Numbered from the stretch's first letter, positions 51,970-63,790 are shown. The stretch: DNA of 64,000 bases from Patescibacteria group bacterium (GCA_043812155.1 JBDRMK010000030.1:8407-72406); one strand, 5' to 3'. Made by a program: numbers and translations. The notes: a model not told the origin generated them from the letters alone.

Positions 51970-52368
51970 ATGTCTACAAAATCCCGTTTCGAGATGCCCC
52001 AACTGAAAGCTCTGGAGGATCTGTTGCTCCTTTCCACGGATTTGGAGCCTTTTGGCCGGCAATTCGCCGTCTGGCTGCTCGGCCAGTCTGAAGGCCTGAC
52101 CCGAAATGTTCGCGTGGTCATTCCGCCGGATTTTCCGGAGCCGGAGAAGGACAAAGTTGCTTTCGGTCTTCACAATATCAACAGCTTTAACGGGACTACC
52201 CATATCGGTGTGGTATTGAAGGCGATGGGTACTGACATGCGTTTTTCGGTCGCCCAGCATGATGATGGGGTTAAGGCCTGGTTATCCACAAAGATGCACG
52301 ATTTGGACGCGCTTGAGATACCTTTCGACCCGGAGGCGATCAAGGCCCTGCCGAGCACGAGAAAGTAA
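51970..52368 (+). CDS. Hypothetical protein
   Basis: AGGAGG SD before ATG 51970, terminator at about 52402-52430. Confidence 0.6.
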   Translation: MSTKSRFEMPQLKALEDLLLLSTDLEPFGRQFAVWLLGQSEGLTRNVRVVIPPDFPEPEKDKVAFGLHNINSFNGTTHIGVVLKAMGTDMRFSVAQHDDGVKAWLSTKMHDLDALEIPFDPEAIKALPSTRK

Positions 52369-52460
52369 GCAGAGGACTTCAAAAACGAAAATAGAAGACG
52401 CGAGGAGCTGGTTCAAAGCTCCTCTTTTTTATTATTCCGTCAAAAGTGTATAATTATAAT

Positions 52461-52925
52461 ATGAAGAGAAAAAGCCTGATTATAATTTTTATTATCGCAT
52501 TTCTCCTGCTAACTGGCGGAATTTTAGGGTATAAATTTTATTTAACTCCAAAAACATCCGGTTATCTGGAAATAGAAGATATTTTATCTAATAAGGAATT
52601 TTACATAAATAAAGAGATTGAAACAACCGGGACAATCGTTAGAACTCGTGGATTTAATTTGTATTATGATTTAGTGACGTATACTATGATAAAAAATAAA
52701 ATTAATCCAGGAAATGGGTTAAGTCTTGAATATATGGGAAATTTGGAACCTTTTGTCGAATATGAATGTGATATAAAAATGAACAGTGTTAATTATAAAA
52801 TAATGGAAAATGCCCCTTCCGTGGTTTATATTAAGGGCATTTTTAAAGATCATGGCGAGGTAACGGATATCTCCCGGTATTATTTGGAAGTTGTAGAAAT
52901 AGAAGAATTAAAAGTAGTTAATTAA
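52461..52925 (+). CDS. Low-GC membrane-anchored hypothetical protein
   Basis: N-terminal TM, beta-rich remainder. Confidence 0.6.
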   Translation: MKRKSLIIIFIIAFLLLTGGILGYKFYLTPKTSGYLEIEDILSNKEFYINKEIETTGTIVRTRGFNLYYDLVTYTMIKNKINPGNGLSLEYMGNLEPFVEYECDIKMNSVNYKIMENAPSVVYIKGIFKDHGEVTDISRYYLEVVEIEELKVVN

Positions 52926-53144
52926 TTTAAGTTTAAAGTAATATAATGTCTGATCACAATTTAGAAATATTACCCATTTGTTTTTCTGTCTTAGTCTTTG
53001 GGTTTGGGTATGGCGGCGGGTAAGGGCTTAGTTTTAGGTATGGTGTTATTGATTTTTTACCAAAGACAAAACCCACGACCTTACTAGCGGCTATAACTAA
53101 AACTATAACTAAACCTCGTTAAAAAACAGCCAGAGTTAAAAAAT

Positions 53145-53630
53145 ATGAATAATGATAATTTTGAGATATTATCAATATTAAGACCAGCGATAGAAACTTA
53201 CCGTTATGCGATAACCGCTATTCGCGGCTGGCCAAGGGTAAGCGAAGAAGAGAGGCAAAGAATCAGGCAGGAATTGGGGCGGTCGGAAGAAGGCCAGATT
53301 GATACCGTGAAGATGCTTTCGTCTCTGACTCAGAACCTGGTCGGCAATTGCTGGGAGATCCTGGTGAAAAATCATTACGTCAACTGGGATTACCGTCACC
53401 CGGTCATCCAGTTTTTCCGGCATATTAGGAACGGCTGTTATCACGGCAACTTCTTTCATTTCCGGGGCGACGAGCCGATATTTGAGGCGTCCTGGCGGGG
53501 GAGAAGAATTGAGCGGCATTTGCAGGGCAAAAAAATATTTCCCGAAAGCCAAGGAGACCAGAATTTTTTCCTAAATTGGGAAGACGCTATTTTACTCTTA
53601 AGCGAGGCGAGCAGAATACTGAAAAAATAG
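53145..53630 (+). CDS. Hypothetical protein with HEPN-like Rx4H motif
   Basis: FFRHIRNGCYHG. Confidence 0.55.
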   Translation: MNNDNFEILSILRPAIETYRYAITAIRGWPRVSEEERQRIRQELGRSEEGQIDTVKMLSSLTQNLVGNCWEILVKNHYVNWDYRHPVIQFFRHIRNGCYHGNFFHFRGDEPIFEASWRGRRIERHLQGKKIFPESQGDQNFFLNWEDAILLLSEASRILKK

Positions 53631-53709
53631 TATTAAACATATTTAATAGGACGAGTAATCGTCTTTTTTTATAATTCTAACCACATTTCTAGTGGCCTGG
53701 TTAGTTTGT

Positions 53710-54045
53710 TTGTCTAGACCGTATTATTTGTTCTTTTGTGGCCAAAAGAACCAAAAGTCCTAGGGGCTTCTGTTTTTGATACCACTAACATACTTTGTTA
53801 ATTTTGAAACAAAAAAGGGAAGCCCCCAGACCCCGGCATTCTAAAATCTATATTTGCTGCTAATTTTTTTCGGTAGAGTTTTTGCCAACAGAAATAGCGA
53901 AAACCAGGCGGACGAGGGGGCTCCGGGGGCAAAACTGAAAGCCAAACGGTCACGCGCTACAATCTTGCCCTGCTCCCGCGGTTTTTTGCCCCCGGAACTT
54001 TTGCTACTTTTGGTTACAAAAGTAGAAATAGAACGGGTCTGACAA
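53710..54045. mobile_element. MITE-like non-coding element with hairpin-containing terminal inverted repeats
   Basis: About 50-bp imperfect TIRs at 53710-53760 and 53994-54045. Confidence 0.6.
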
Positions 54046-54179
54046 GAATTATTGTCAGGCAAAAATTTAGCCTAAAATTAGCCAAAAAATAAGGGGGTCT
54101 TTTTCTTGCCAAAAGGGCTTTTTTCTGTTAAAATACAGGTAGGTTTCTAAACCATTATTTTAATAAATGAGCGGAAAAA

Positions 54180-54563
54180 ATGCTTTTAAAAAAGTACCTT
54201 ATTTTAATGATTATTGCCACCTTTGTTGCTTGGATTTCGCTCGGCGCGGTCATTTTTACCATGAGCCCGGAAGCCGGCCTGCTTTCCCTGATGCTTTTTT
54301 ACGGCACCCTGTTCCTTTCCCTGCTGGGCAGTTTTTTCCTGCTGGGTTTTCTTTTTAGATATATTTTTCAAAGAAATATCCCTCTTTTCCGGCACTTGGG
54401 GATTTCTTTCCGGCAGGGTCTGCTTTTTACCATTTTAGTCGTTGGTTCTCTGGTTTTGCAGGCGGCATCCTATTTACGATGGTGGAATTTAATCTTATTT
54501 TTTATTTTTTTGGTAATTTTGGAATTTTTCTTTTCTTTGCAGAAAAAAAATTATGGAAGATAA
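54180..54563 (+). CDS. Four-TM membrane protein
   Basis: SFRQG.L motif, hydrophobic, overlaps the pheS start. Confidence 0.75.
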   Translation: MLLKKYLILMIIATFVAWISLGAVIFTMSPEAGLLSLMLFYGTLFLSLLGSFFLLGFLFRYIFQRNIPLFRHLGISFRQGLLFTILVVGSLVLQAASYLRWWNLILFFIFLVILEFFFSLQKKNYGR

Positions 54564-55593
54564 GTTAAAAAATATTTTAAATCAGGCCAAGACCGAGATT
54601 TCAACGGCGAAGTGTTCGGCGGATTTGGCTTTTCTTCAAAATAAGTTTTTAGGCCGGAAAGGGGAGCTTTCCCTGATCTTGCGCGGGATTAAGGACTTGT
54701 CCAAAGAAGAAAAGCCGAAGATCGGGCGCTTGGGCAATGAGATCAGGAAAGAAATAGAAAATTTATTCTCGCAGACGCAAAACCGGTTTTCCGGTCCGGA
54801 AGAAAAATCAGAAAATATTGATCTGACCTTGCCGGGCGTGAAAATTCGTGAGGGCAGTCTGCACCCGCTGACCTTGTTTTTAAGAAAAACCATCGATATA
54901 TTCGTCCGCATGGGTTTTGAGGTCGTGCCGGGGCCGGAACTGGAGGAAGCGAAATACAATTTTGACCTATTGAATATTCCTAAAGATCATCCGGCGCGCG
55001 ACGTTTGGGATACGTTTTATGTGACGGGACAGAAGACATTAGACAGTAGACATAAGACAAGTGATTTGTTGTTAAGAACTCATACCTCGCCCATGCAGAT
55101 TCGGGCCATGGAAAAAAGAAAACCGCCGGTGCGTTTAATCGTGCCCGGCCGGGTCTTCCGACATGAAGCCACGGACGCGGGGCATGAAACGACTTTTTAC
55201 CAGGTGGAAGGCCTGGTTATTGATAAAGATATAAAAATTACTGATTTAATAGGGACGATAAAAATTTTCCTACAAAGTCTTTTCGGCAAACAGGTGAAGA
55301 CTCGAGTGAGGCCGCATTTTTACGCTTTTACCGAGCCGTCTATGGATTTTGATATGAGTTGTTTACTTTGCGGAGGCAAGGGTTGCTCGGTTTGCGGCCA
55401 GTCAGGCTGGCTGGAGATGATGGGCTCGGGCATGGTCCATCCGAAAGTTCTGAAAAATATGAAAGTGGATCCTCAGAAGTTCACCGGCTTTGCCTTTGGC
55501 ATGGGAATAGACCGCTTTATGATGCTTTATTACGGAATTGATGACATAAGACTTTCTTACCAGAACGATTTACGCTTTTTAAAACAATTTTAG
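54553..55593 (+). CDS. pheS: Phenylalanine--tRNA ligase alpha subunit
   Basis: HPARD..DTFY, LLRTHTSPMQ, FYQVEGL, FTEPS, GFAFGMG. Confidence 0.97.
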   Translation: MEDKLKNILNQAKTEISTAKCSADLAFLQNKFLGRKGELSLILRGIKDLSKEEKPKIGRLGNEIRKEIENLFSQTQNRFSGPEEKSENIDLTLPGVKIREGSLHPLTLFLRKTIDIFVRMGFEVVPGPELEEAKYNFDLLNIPKDHPARDVWDTFYVTGQKTLDSRHKTSDLLLRTHTSPMQIRAMEKRKPPVRLIVPGRVFRHEATDAGHETTFYQVEGLVIDKDIKITDLIGTIKIFLQSLFGKQVKTRVRPHFYAFTEPSMDFDMSCLLCGGKGCSVCGQSGWLEMMGSGMVHPKVLKNMKVDPQKFTGFAFGMGIDRFMMLYYGIDDIRLSYQNDLRFLKQF

Positions 55594-55603
55594 GGCTATA
55601 GCC

Positions 55604-55757
55604 CACATTGTCATGCTGAGGAGCCCTGAGTAGTGCCGAAGGGCGTCTCGAAGCATAGACAATGTGACTGTTTACAGGCGTCACCCTTCCCTTCGCTGCG
55701 ACTCAGGGCAGGCTACGGCTTCGCGCATCCTGAGCCGGGACGAAGGACAGGGTGACA
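55604..55757. repeat. Empty pair of REP-like palindromes related to the GIY-YIG cassette ends
   Basis: TGTCATGCTGAGGAGC..TCGAAGCAT and GTCACCCT..AGGGTGAC, with nested CCTGAG..CGAAGG units. Confidence 0.7.
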
Positions 55758-55799
55758 GCGAAAAATAAGGTTTTTAATATAGTTTTAAACTTAAAAACT

Positions 55800-56030
55800 A
55801 TGGGAGTAGAAAATTCAGACTTTCCGCCGCCGCTGTTTGAACGATTAAAAAGACCTTTCTTATTGAACATACTGGTGATCATCAGCTTTATCGCCGTGAT
55901 CATCCTCAGCGTGATGACCTATTTTTTCTTGCCCAAATACGTATACATTGTTAATATTGGTTTTCCCGTTTATTTATTCCTTATTTTTCTTATTTATGTG
56001 TGCTGGCATCAAAAACATCCGTCCAAGTAA
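55800..56030 (+). CDS. Small two-TM protein between pheS and pheT
   Basis: Hydrophobic ORF from ATG 55800. Confidence 0.5.
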   Translation: MGVENSDFPPPLFERLKRPFLLNILVIISFIAVIILSVMTYFFLPKYVYIVNIGFPVYLFLIFLIYVCWHQKHPSK

Positions 56031-56044
56031 TTTAAAAGATAAAC

Positions 56045-58306
56045 ATGAAAATATCCTTTAACTGGCTCAAAGATTTCGTAAAGATTGATAAAACGCCGGA
56101 AAAACTGGCGGAAGTTTTAACGCTGTCAGGGACCGAAGTTGAAGGGGTTCGGCCTCTAGATTGTTTATTTGATAAGGTAGTGGTCGGCGAAATTATTACG
56201 ATTATTAAACATACCAACGCCGATAAATTAAAAGTCTGCAAAGTAAGGGTGAAAAAAGGCGTGGTCTTGAATATCGTCTGCGGGGCTTCCAATATTTCCG
56301 TCGGCCAGAAAGTGCCGACCGCCTTAGTTGGCGCCAAATTGCCCGGCGGAATATTGGAAAAAACCAAGATCCGCGGGATTGAATCCGAAGGCATGCTGCT
56401 GGCGGAAGATGAAATGGGCTTGGGTCATGATCATGCCGGCATTTATCTTTTAGATAAAAATGAGCCGATCGGCAAGAGCGTAAAAGCGGTTTTAGGTTTG
56501 AACGATACCATCTTGGATTTAGCCTTAACGCCCAATCGCGCCGATTGTTTTTCTTTGCTGGGAATCGCGCGGGAGGCGGCCGCGGTTACTAAACGCAAAT
56601 TGAATTTTATGCCTGACCGATTTCTGATTAAGGAAAAGACGAACGAGATCGGAAAAAAACTCTCCGTGAAAGTATTAGATTCAAAATTATGCCCGAAATA
56701 CACGGCGAGGGTGATCGAGAATTTACAAGTGAAAGATTTGCCAGAATGGCTAAAAGCTAGATTGCGAGCGTCAGGCGTCCGGCCGATAAATAATATCGTG
56801 GATGTGACCAATTACGTCATGCTGGAATTGGGCCAGCCCTTGCACGCCTTTGATTATGATAAATTAACGGGTTCCAAGAAAAACATTGTGGTTAGGCAGG
56901 CGAATAAAGGAGAAAAACTTGTTACTCTGGACGGGAAAGAAAGAGAATTGGACCAGAACATGCTTTTGATCACCGAAGGCAAGAAGAATCTGGGGATCGC
57001 CGGCGTGATGGGCGGAAAGAGTTCAGAGATATCTTCTAAAACCAAGACCGTGATCTTGGAATCGGCGGTTTTTAATCCCGGTAATATCCGCAAGACCGCC
57101 CAGAAGTTGAATCTGCGCTCGGAAAGCGAAATGAGATTTGAAAAAGGTCTGGATCCAGAAATGACGGAATTGGCGGCGGACCGAGCGGCGAGTTTAATGT
57201 TAAAATTGGCCGGGGGAAGAATTGTTCCCGGAATTATCAATATTTCCTCTAAGGAAAAGACCAAGCCAGCGATGGTTAACCTGCCTTTGGCTTTAATAAA
57301 GAAGTATTTGAATGTGAATTTAGCCGAAAGCCGGGTGAAGCTGATCTTAAAATCTTTAGGCTTTAAAATCATTTCTTCCCAAGAAAAAGTCCTTAAAGTA
57401 AGCGTGCCTTCTTGGCGCCAGGACGTTCGGTTGCCAGAAGATTTAATTGAGGAAGTCGGCCGGATTTACGATTACAATAAATTGAAGCCCACTTATTTAA
57501 AAGGGACCTTAAAACCCGTTGATCTGCCCAAGAGTCTGATCTGGGAGAATAAGATCAAGGATATGCTGGTGGCGGCGGGACTTTCGGAAGTTTATAATTA
57601 TTCTTTTTACGGTGAAGATTTAGCCAGGAAGTTTAATTTAAATCCGGAAAACCATTTTAAGTTAGCCAATCCAATGAATCCCGAGCAGGTTTTAATGAGG
57701 CAGTCTCTTGTCCCTCTTTTAATAAAAAATTTGGAATTGAATAAGGGAGGAAGCCTGTTTGAAATCGGCCACACGTTTGCCGCCAAAGAAGAAACGAAAT
57801 TAGCCCTGGCGGTGTTCGGGCAAGACGCTTTTTTCCGATTAAAAGGGCTGGCCGATCTTATCGGGTATAAACTTAACTTGGACAAAGATATTTTCGCCAA
57901 ATTGTTTAAATTGGCGCCTTTAAGTCCGGCCCTGACATCTACTTTTAAATTTATAAAACCGGTCGCTTATCTGGAAGTGAATTTGAACGAATTAATAAGA
58001 AACGCCAAAGATAAACCGGCTTTTGTCAAACCGAATAAGTATCCTGCCATGATCCGCGACATTTCATTTTTTAAACCCAAAGAAATCACATATCAAACTG
58101 TTGAAAATGAAATCAAAGGGGTTAGCGGTTTGATCACCGGCCTGGAAGTTTTTGACCGGTTTGAAAAAGAAGGCCAGATTTCTTTAGCGATCAGAATTAC
58201 TTTCCAAAGCCTTGATCGGACTTTGAAAAGCGAAGAAGTGGACGAAGTAATGGAAAAAATTTATCAATTGATGGAGGGCAAGTTTAAAATTAAAGTGAGG
58301 AAATAA
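56045..58306 (+). CDS. pheT: Phenylalanine--tRNA ligase beta subunit
   Basis: IVCGA.N, SEGML, TPNRADC, INNIVD.TNYVMLE.GQPLHAFD, DLIEEVGR. Confidence 0.97.
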   Translation: MKISFNWLKDFVKIDKTPEKLAEVLTLSGTEVEGVRPLDCLFDKVVVGEIITIIKHTNADKLKVCKVRVKKGVVLNIVCGASNISVGQKVPTALVGAKLPGGILEKTKIRGIESEGMLLAEDEMGLGHDHAGIYLLDKNEPIGKSVKAVLGLNDTILDLALTPNRADCFSLLGIAREAAAVTKRKLNFMPDRFLIKEKTNEIGKKLSVKVLDSKLCPKYTARVIENLQVKDLPEWLKARLRASGVRPINNIVDVTNYVMLELGQPLHAFDYDKLTGSKKNIVVRQANKGEKLVTLDGKERELDQNMLLITEGKKNLGIAGVMGGKSSEISSKTKTVILESAVFNPGNIRKTAQKLNLRSESEMRFEKGLDPEMTELAADRAASLMLKLAGGRIVPGIINISSKEKTKPAMVNLPLALIKKYLNVNLAESRVKLILKSLGFKIISSQEKVLKVSVPSWRQDVRLPEDLIEEVGRIYDYNKLKPTYLKGTLKPVDLPKSLIWENKIKDMLVAAGLSEVYNYSFYGEDLARKFNLNPENHFKLANPMNPEQVLMRQSLVPLLIKNLELNKGGSLFEIGHTFAAKEETKLALAVFGQDAFFRLKGLADLIGYKLNLDKDIFAKLFKLAPLSPALTSTFKFIKPVAYLEVNLNELIRNAKDKPAFVKPNKYPAMIRDISFFKPKEITYQTVENEIKGVSGLITGLEVFDRFEKEGQISLAIRITFQSLDRTLKSEEVDEVMEKIYQLMEGKFKIKVRK

Positions 58307-58307
58307 T

Positions 58308-59486
58308 ATGAGGCACGGTGAAGACCCATTAGAAAATTTGATCCGGAAGGAACAGTTTGAACGAGCGGCCGAAGGCCACGTGGCGGTTTATGATAAAGAT
58401 CCGGAGATGATGGAGCGGAAAATAGAATTTGACAATACGGTGGTCAAGGGCTGGCAGGCGGAAAAACCTGGTATGAATGATTTTATGATTGAGATCGGCA
58501 AGGATATGGACAAGAAGGAAAGGGCGGCGGCGGAAAAAAACAACGCAAAGGTTAGCGAGGACTGGCGACGATTTGAGGCCAGGAAAGAGACCTTCGAAAA
58601 AAAGACCAAGGCCGGCCGGATTTTAGAGGACATAACTAAGGAGATGTTCCAGTATCATTTGAAAGCGAAAGGTTTTAAATTTGAAGCGGCGCCGGACAGC
58701 GATCCGGACGATGGTTTTAACGGCGGTGATGTGACAATTCGGATTGAAGCAGAAAATGAATCAGAGCCGAATAAGCCCACATTTTTATATTTTTCCCTGG
58801 ATGTGACCACCAGCGGTGATGCGTTTGATTTGGAAAAAAAGAAGATTTTCCCCACCGCCCTGGATTTAGAAAAAGGCAAGATGCCTCATATCGATTATTA
58901 TCTTTTAAAGAGCGATGAAAACGAGCCTAAAGGCCGCCGGGAAATGCCTCATCTAGTCATCGGTTTATCGTCGGACAAGGTTTTTTCTAAAGACGCCCGC
59001 CCGGAGGAATTATACCAGCAGTACTTGGCGTATCTGGGGGATAAAAAAGGCCAGGCAGAAACCCTGGAGAAATCGCCCATCTGGCGGGAATTTTTCAGCC
59101 AGATGAAAAGCCAGCTGGTTTTTCACTTAGAGCCTTGTTTGCGCGCTTATATTCATGCCCACCGTGAAGATAAAGATAATTTGATCGATGATCTAAGTGG
59201 GCACTTAAAAAGTTTGCAGTCCTTGTCTATAGATGACGAAATTGATTCAAGCCAGTTAAAGAATTTCCGGCAGTTTATGGTCGAAAGTCGGCCCGAGATT
59301 TCAGCTAAGGATCCCTATTTAGCCGATAACCTTTACAAGCACCTTGATTTGCTAGACGTGGTGGAAAAATTGGATCAAGAAAAAAGCTCCCAGGGAATCG
59401 GATTCCCGAGAGCTTCGGTAACGGAGAATGTACTGGAAATGAACGGCCTTGAGGTCAAGCCTAATTACTTAAAGCAAGCGGCTTAA
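58308..59486 (+). CDS. Hypothetical acidic protein
   Basis: 392-aa ORF 1 nt after pheT. Confidence 0.7.
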   Translation: MRHGEDPLENLIRKEQFERAAEGHVAVYDKDPEMMERKIEFDNTVVKGWQAEKPGMNDFMIEIGKDMDKKERAAAEKNNAKVSEDWRRFEARKETFEKKTKAGRILEDITKEMFQYHLKAKGFKFEAAPDSDPDDGFNGGDVTIRIEAENESEPNKPTFLYFSLDVTTSGDAFDLEKKKIFPTALDLEKGKMPHIDYYLLKSDENEPKGRREMPHLVIGLSSDKVFSKDARPEELYQQYLAYLGDKKGQAETLEKSPIWREFFSQMKSQLVFHLEPCLRAYIHAHREDKDNLIDDLSGHLKSLQSLSIDDEIDSSQLKNFRQFMVESRPEISAKDPYLADNLYKHLDLLDVVEKLDQEKSSQGIGFPRASVTENVLEMNGLEVKPNYLKQAA

Positions 59487-59638
59487 TCCTCCTTGCCCTG
59501 CTGTTCTTTCCACTCGGCGTATCTCGCTTTAGCATCGCCTGCGAGAGGCCGTATAACCACATTGGCTTTCTTGGCCCGCCGTTTCTTTCTCTTTTTCAGA
59601 GAGATCACCGGCGCCGGTCTATTCTTTTTCTCTTTCAC
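59483..59638 (-). CDS. 51-aa basic protein, below the ORF-track cutoff
   Basis: GGAGGGAG SD, GTG start, reverse promoter near 59705-59732. Confidence 0.4.
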   Translation of the reverse strand: MKEKKNRPAPVISLKKRKKRRAKKANVVIRPLAGDAKARYAEWKEQQGKED

Positions 59639-59740
59639 GGATCTCCCTCCAGAAAGTCAGGATGGATAATATAAATGATTTAGAAAATGGACATTGGCAA
59701 TCAAGATTATCAGAAGTTATAAAATTTGTCAAGCCCATAT

Positions 59741-59850
59741 TTAGATATCAAGATATTTGCGCCCGAGGCGCACCCGCCTTGGGCGGGGAGCGATTAAGAT
59801 ATTAAGATATTGTCCGCCAAAGGCGGATCAGCCTCTGGCTGAAGATATTT
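59741..59850. repeat. 8-mer AGATATTA array carrying two 30-bp double-hairpin elements
   Basis: TGCGCC-CGA-GGCGCA CCCGCC-TTG-GGCGGG (59758-59787) and TCCGCC-AAA-GGCGGA TCAGCC-TCT-GGCTGA (59813-59842). Confidence 0.9.
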
Positions 59851-59898
59851 AGAGGCTAAGAAAAAATTATATATTATACATTATTAATTATAAATTAA

Positions 59899-61947
<2,049 letters not shown>

Positions 61948-61954
61948 TTTATTC

Positions 61955-62407
61955 ATGCCGCCAAAATTTGAATTGATTAATAAATCCCGAAAAGTGATCG
62001 ATTTATGGATTTTGCGTCTGCCGCTGCCGAATATAAACCCCAGTTTGATCTCGTTTTTGGCCCTGCCCTTCAGTCTGGCCTTCATCCTTTTGTGGGATAA
62101 AAATAAATTAATATCGCTTATCTTACTGATGATAATTTTGATCCTTGACTGGCTGGACGGATTAGTGGCCAAAAAATACGGGCGTTCAAGCGAAAGAGGC
62201 TGGCTGACGGATGTGTCTACGGACCGGTTTTCTGAAGGAATTATTTTTCTGATATTTATAACTCCCTGGTTTTATTTATTTTTGTTGAATATCTTTCTTA
62301 CCTATTTCAGTTATAAATTAAAGAAATTTTCCCTGATCTTACCCTTGAGGCAATTATTTTTTATTTACCTTGTCGCTTATCATACTTTCTATTATTTTAT
62401 TCGTTAG
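61955..62407 (+). CDS. CDP-alcohol phosphatidyltransferase family protein
   Basis: D..DG.VA...G..S..G...D...DR motif. Confidence 0.88.
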   Translation: MPPKFELINKSRKVIDLWILRLPLPNINPSLISFLALPFSLAFILLWDKNKLISLILLMIILILDWLDGLVAKKYGRSSERGWLTDVSTDRFSEGIIFLIFITPWFYLFLLNIFLTYFSYKLKKFSLILPLRQLFFIYLVAYHTFYYFIR

Positions 62408-62410
62408 CCT

Positions 62411-62965
62411 ATGGAATCCGTCATCTTGTTTGTTTTGAAAACGGCCTGGTATTTTTTGCCGATCGGCGTGGCTAATATGATGCCGGTTATTTTTTCCCGC
62501 TGGTTTAATTTTTTGGCTTTTCCTTTGGATGGCGGCAAAATATGGCGGGGAGAAAGGATAATCGGCGACCATAAAACTTTTAGAGGGATCTTGCTGGCTG
62601 TTTTAGGCGGGACGCTGATCTTTGTCATCCAGAAGTATGCTTATATAAATTCAGATTTTTTTTACAGTATTTCTTTGATTAATTACGGAAAAGAAAGCCT
62701 GGCTTTGGGATTTTTTATGGGCTTGGGGGCGATAACCGGAGATCTGGTCAAAAGCTTTTTCAAGCGAAGGATGAAAAAAGACCCCGGCCGCTCTTGGTTT
62801 CCTTATGACCAGATTGATTACACTCTCGGGGGTATGATCTTTGGCTTATTATTTTTTGTTCCGCCTTGGCCGATAATGATATTCGCCATAGTTTTAGGGG
62901 TATTATTGCACTTGGCGACTAACCTGATCGGCCAGGCCATTGGCCTGCGAAAAGCGGCCTGGTAA
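62411..62965 (+). CDS. CDP-archaeol synthase-like (CarS/DUF46) protein
   Basis: AN..PV, PLDGG......I.GDHKTFRG, GDLVKSFFKRR, DQID. Confidence 0.85.
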   Translation: MESVILFVLKTAWYFLPIGVANMMPVIFSRWFNFLAFPLDGGKIWRGERIIGDHKTFRGILLAVLGGTLIFVIQKYAYINSDFFYSISLINYGKESLALGFFMGLGAITGDLVKSFFKRRMKKDPGRSWFPYDQIDYTLGGMIFGLLFFVPPWPIMIFAIVLGVLLHLATNLIGQAIGLRKAAW

Positions 62966-63054
62966 AAATAACCCTTGCCAAAAATTATGAGGCTTGTTAT
63001 AATATCCACAGATGAATGAAGGCCCCGGCAACGGGGTTTTAAAGACCAAAAAAT

Positions 63055-63240
63055 ATGGCCAATAAGATCACTTCTTATTTAAAAGAGTCAAAAGAAGAGC
63101 TAAAAAAAGTCAGCTGGCCGACGCGGGCCCAGACGACAAAGAATACACTGATTGTCATCGGCGTAAGCGTGGGGGTGGCGATTTTTTTGGGTTTCGTTGA
63201 CTATCTATTAAGTATTGGTTTAAAGCAAATAATCCGATAA
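63055..63240 (+). CDS. secE: Preprotein translocase subunit SecE
   Basis: ELKKVSWPT plus TM, upstream of nusG. Confidence 0.95.
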   Translation: MANKITSYLKESKEELKKVSWPTRAQTTKNTLIVIGVSVGVAIFLGFVDYLLSIGLKQIIR

Positions 63241-63244
63241 TTAT

Positions 63245-63790
63245 ATGGCGAAACAAATCCTGCAGCAGGGAAGAAGATGGTACGTTCTCCACACTTATTC
63301 CGGTTACGAGGAAAATGTGTCGCGTAATTTAAAACAAAGGATCGAGTCCATGGATATGGAGGATAAGATTTTTAATGTTTTGATTCCGACGGAGAAAAAG
63401 ATAAAGATCAGGAACGGCAAGCGCCGGACGGTGGTGGAAAAGATATTTCCCGGCTATGTGCTGGTGGAAATGATCGTGACGGATGATTCCTGGTATGTCG
63501 TGCGGAACACCCCGAACGTCACCGGTTTCGTCGGTTCCGGCACCACCCCGACTCCCATTTCGGACAAAGAGGTCAAAGAACTGCAGCGCCGCATGGGCGT
63601 GGAAGAGCCGAAGTACAAGATCGATGTTTCCGTCGGTACGCCGGTCAAGATCATTGACGGACCCTTTAAAGAGTTTGAAGGCAAAGTGGCGGAAATTGAC
63701 GAGGCGCGCGGCAAGATCAAAGTTCTTGTTTCCATGTTCGGCCGGGAAACGCCGGTGGAGCTCGACTTTTTACAGGTAAAGAAGATATAG
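63245..63790 (+). CDS. nusG: Transcription termination/antitermination factor NusG
   Basis: WYVLHTYSGYE, FPGYVLV, VRNTPNVTGFVG, KOW, FGRETPVEL. Confidence 0.97.
   Translation: MAKQILQQGRRWYVLHTYSGYEENVSRNLKQRIESMDMEDKIFNVLIPTEKKIKIRNGKRRTVVEKIFPGYVLVEMIVTDDSWYVVRNTPNVTGFVGSGTTPTPISDKEVKELQRRMGVEEPKYKIDVSVGTPVKIIDGPFKEFEGKVAEIDEARGKIKVLVSMFGRETPVELDFLQVKKI

Noticed and set aside
62966-63054. tRNA upstream of secE
   Set aside because: Only a promoter and a short GC hairpin are present, with no cloverleaf or T-loop motif.
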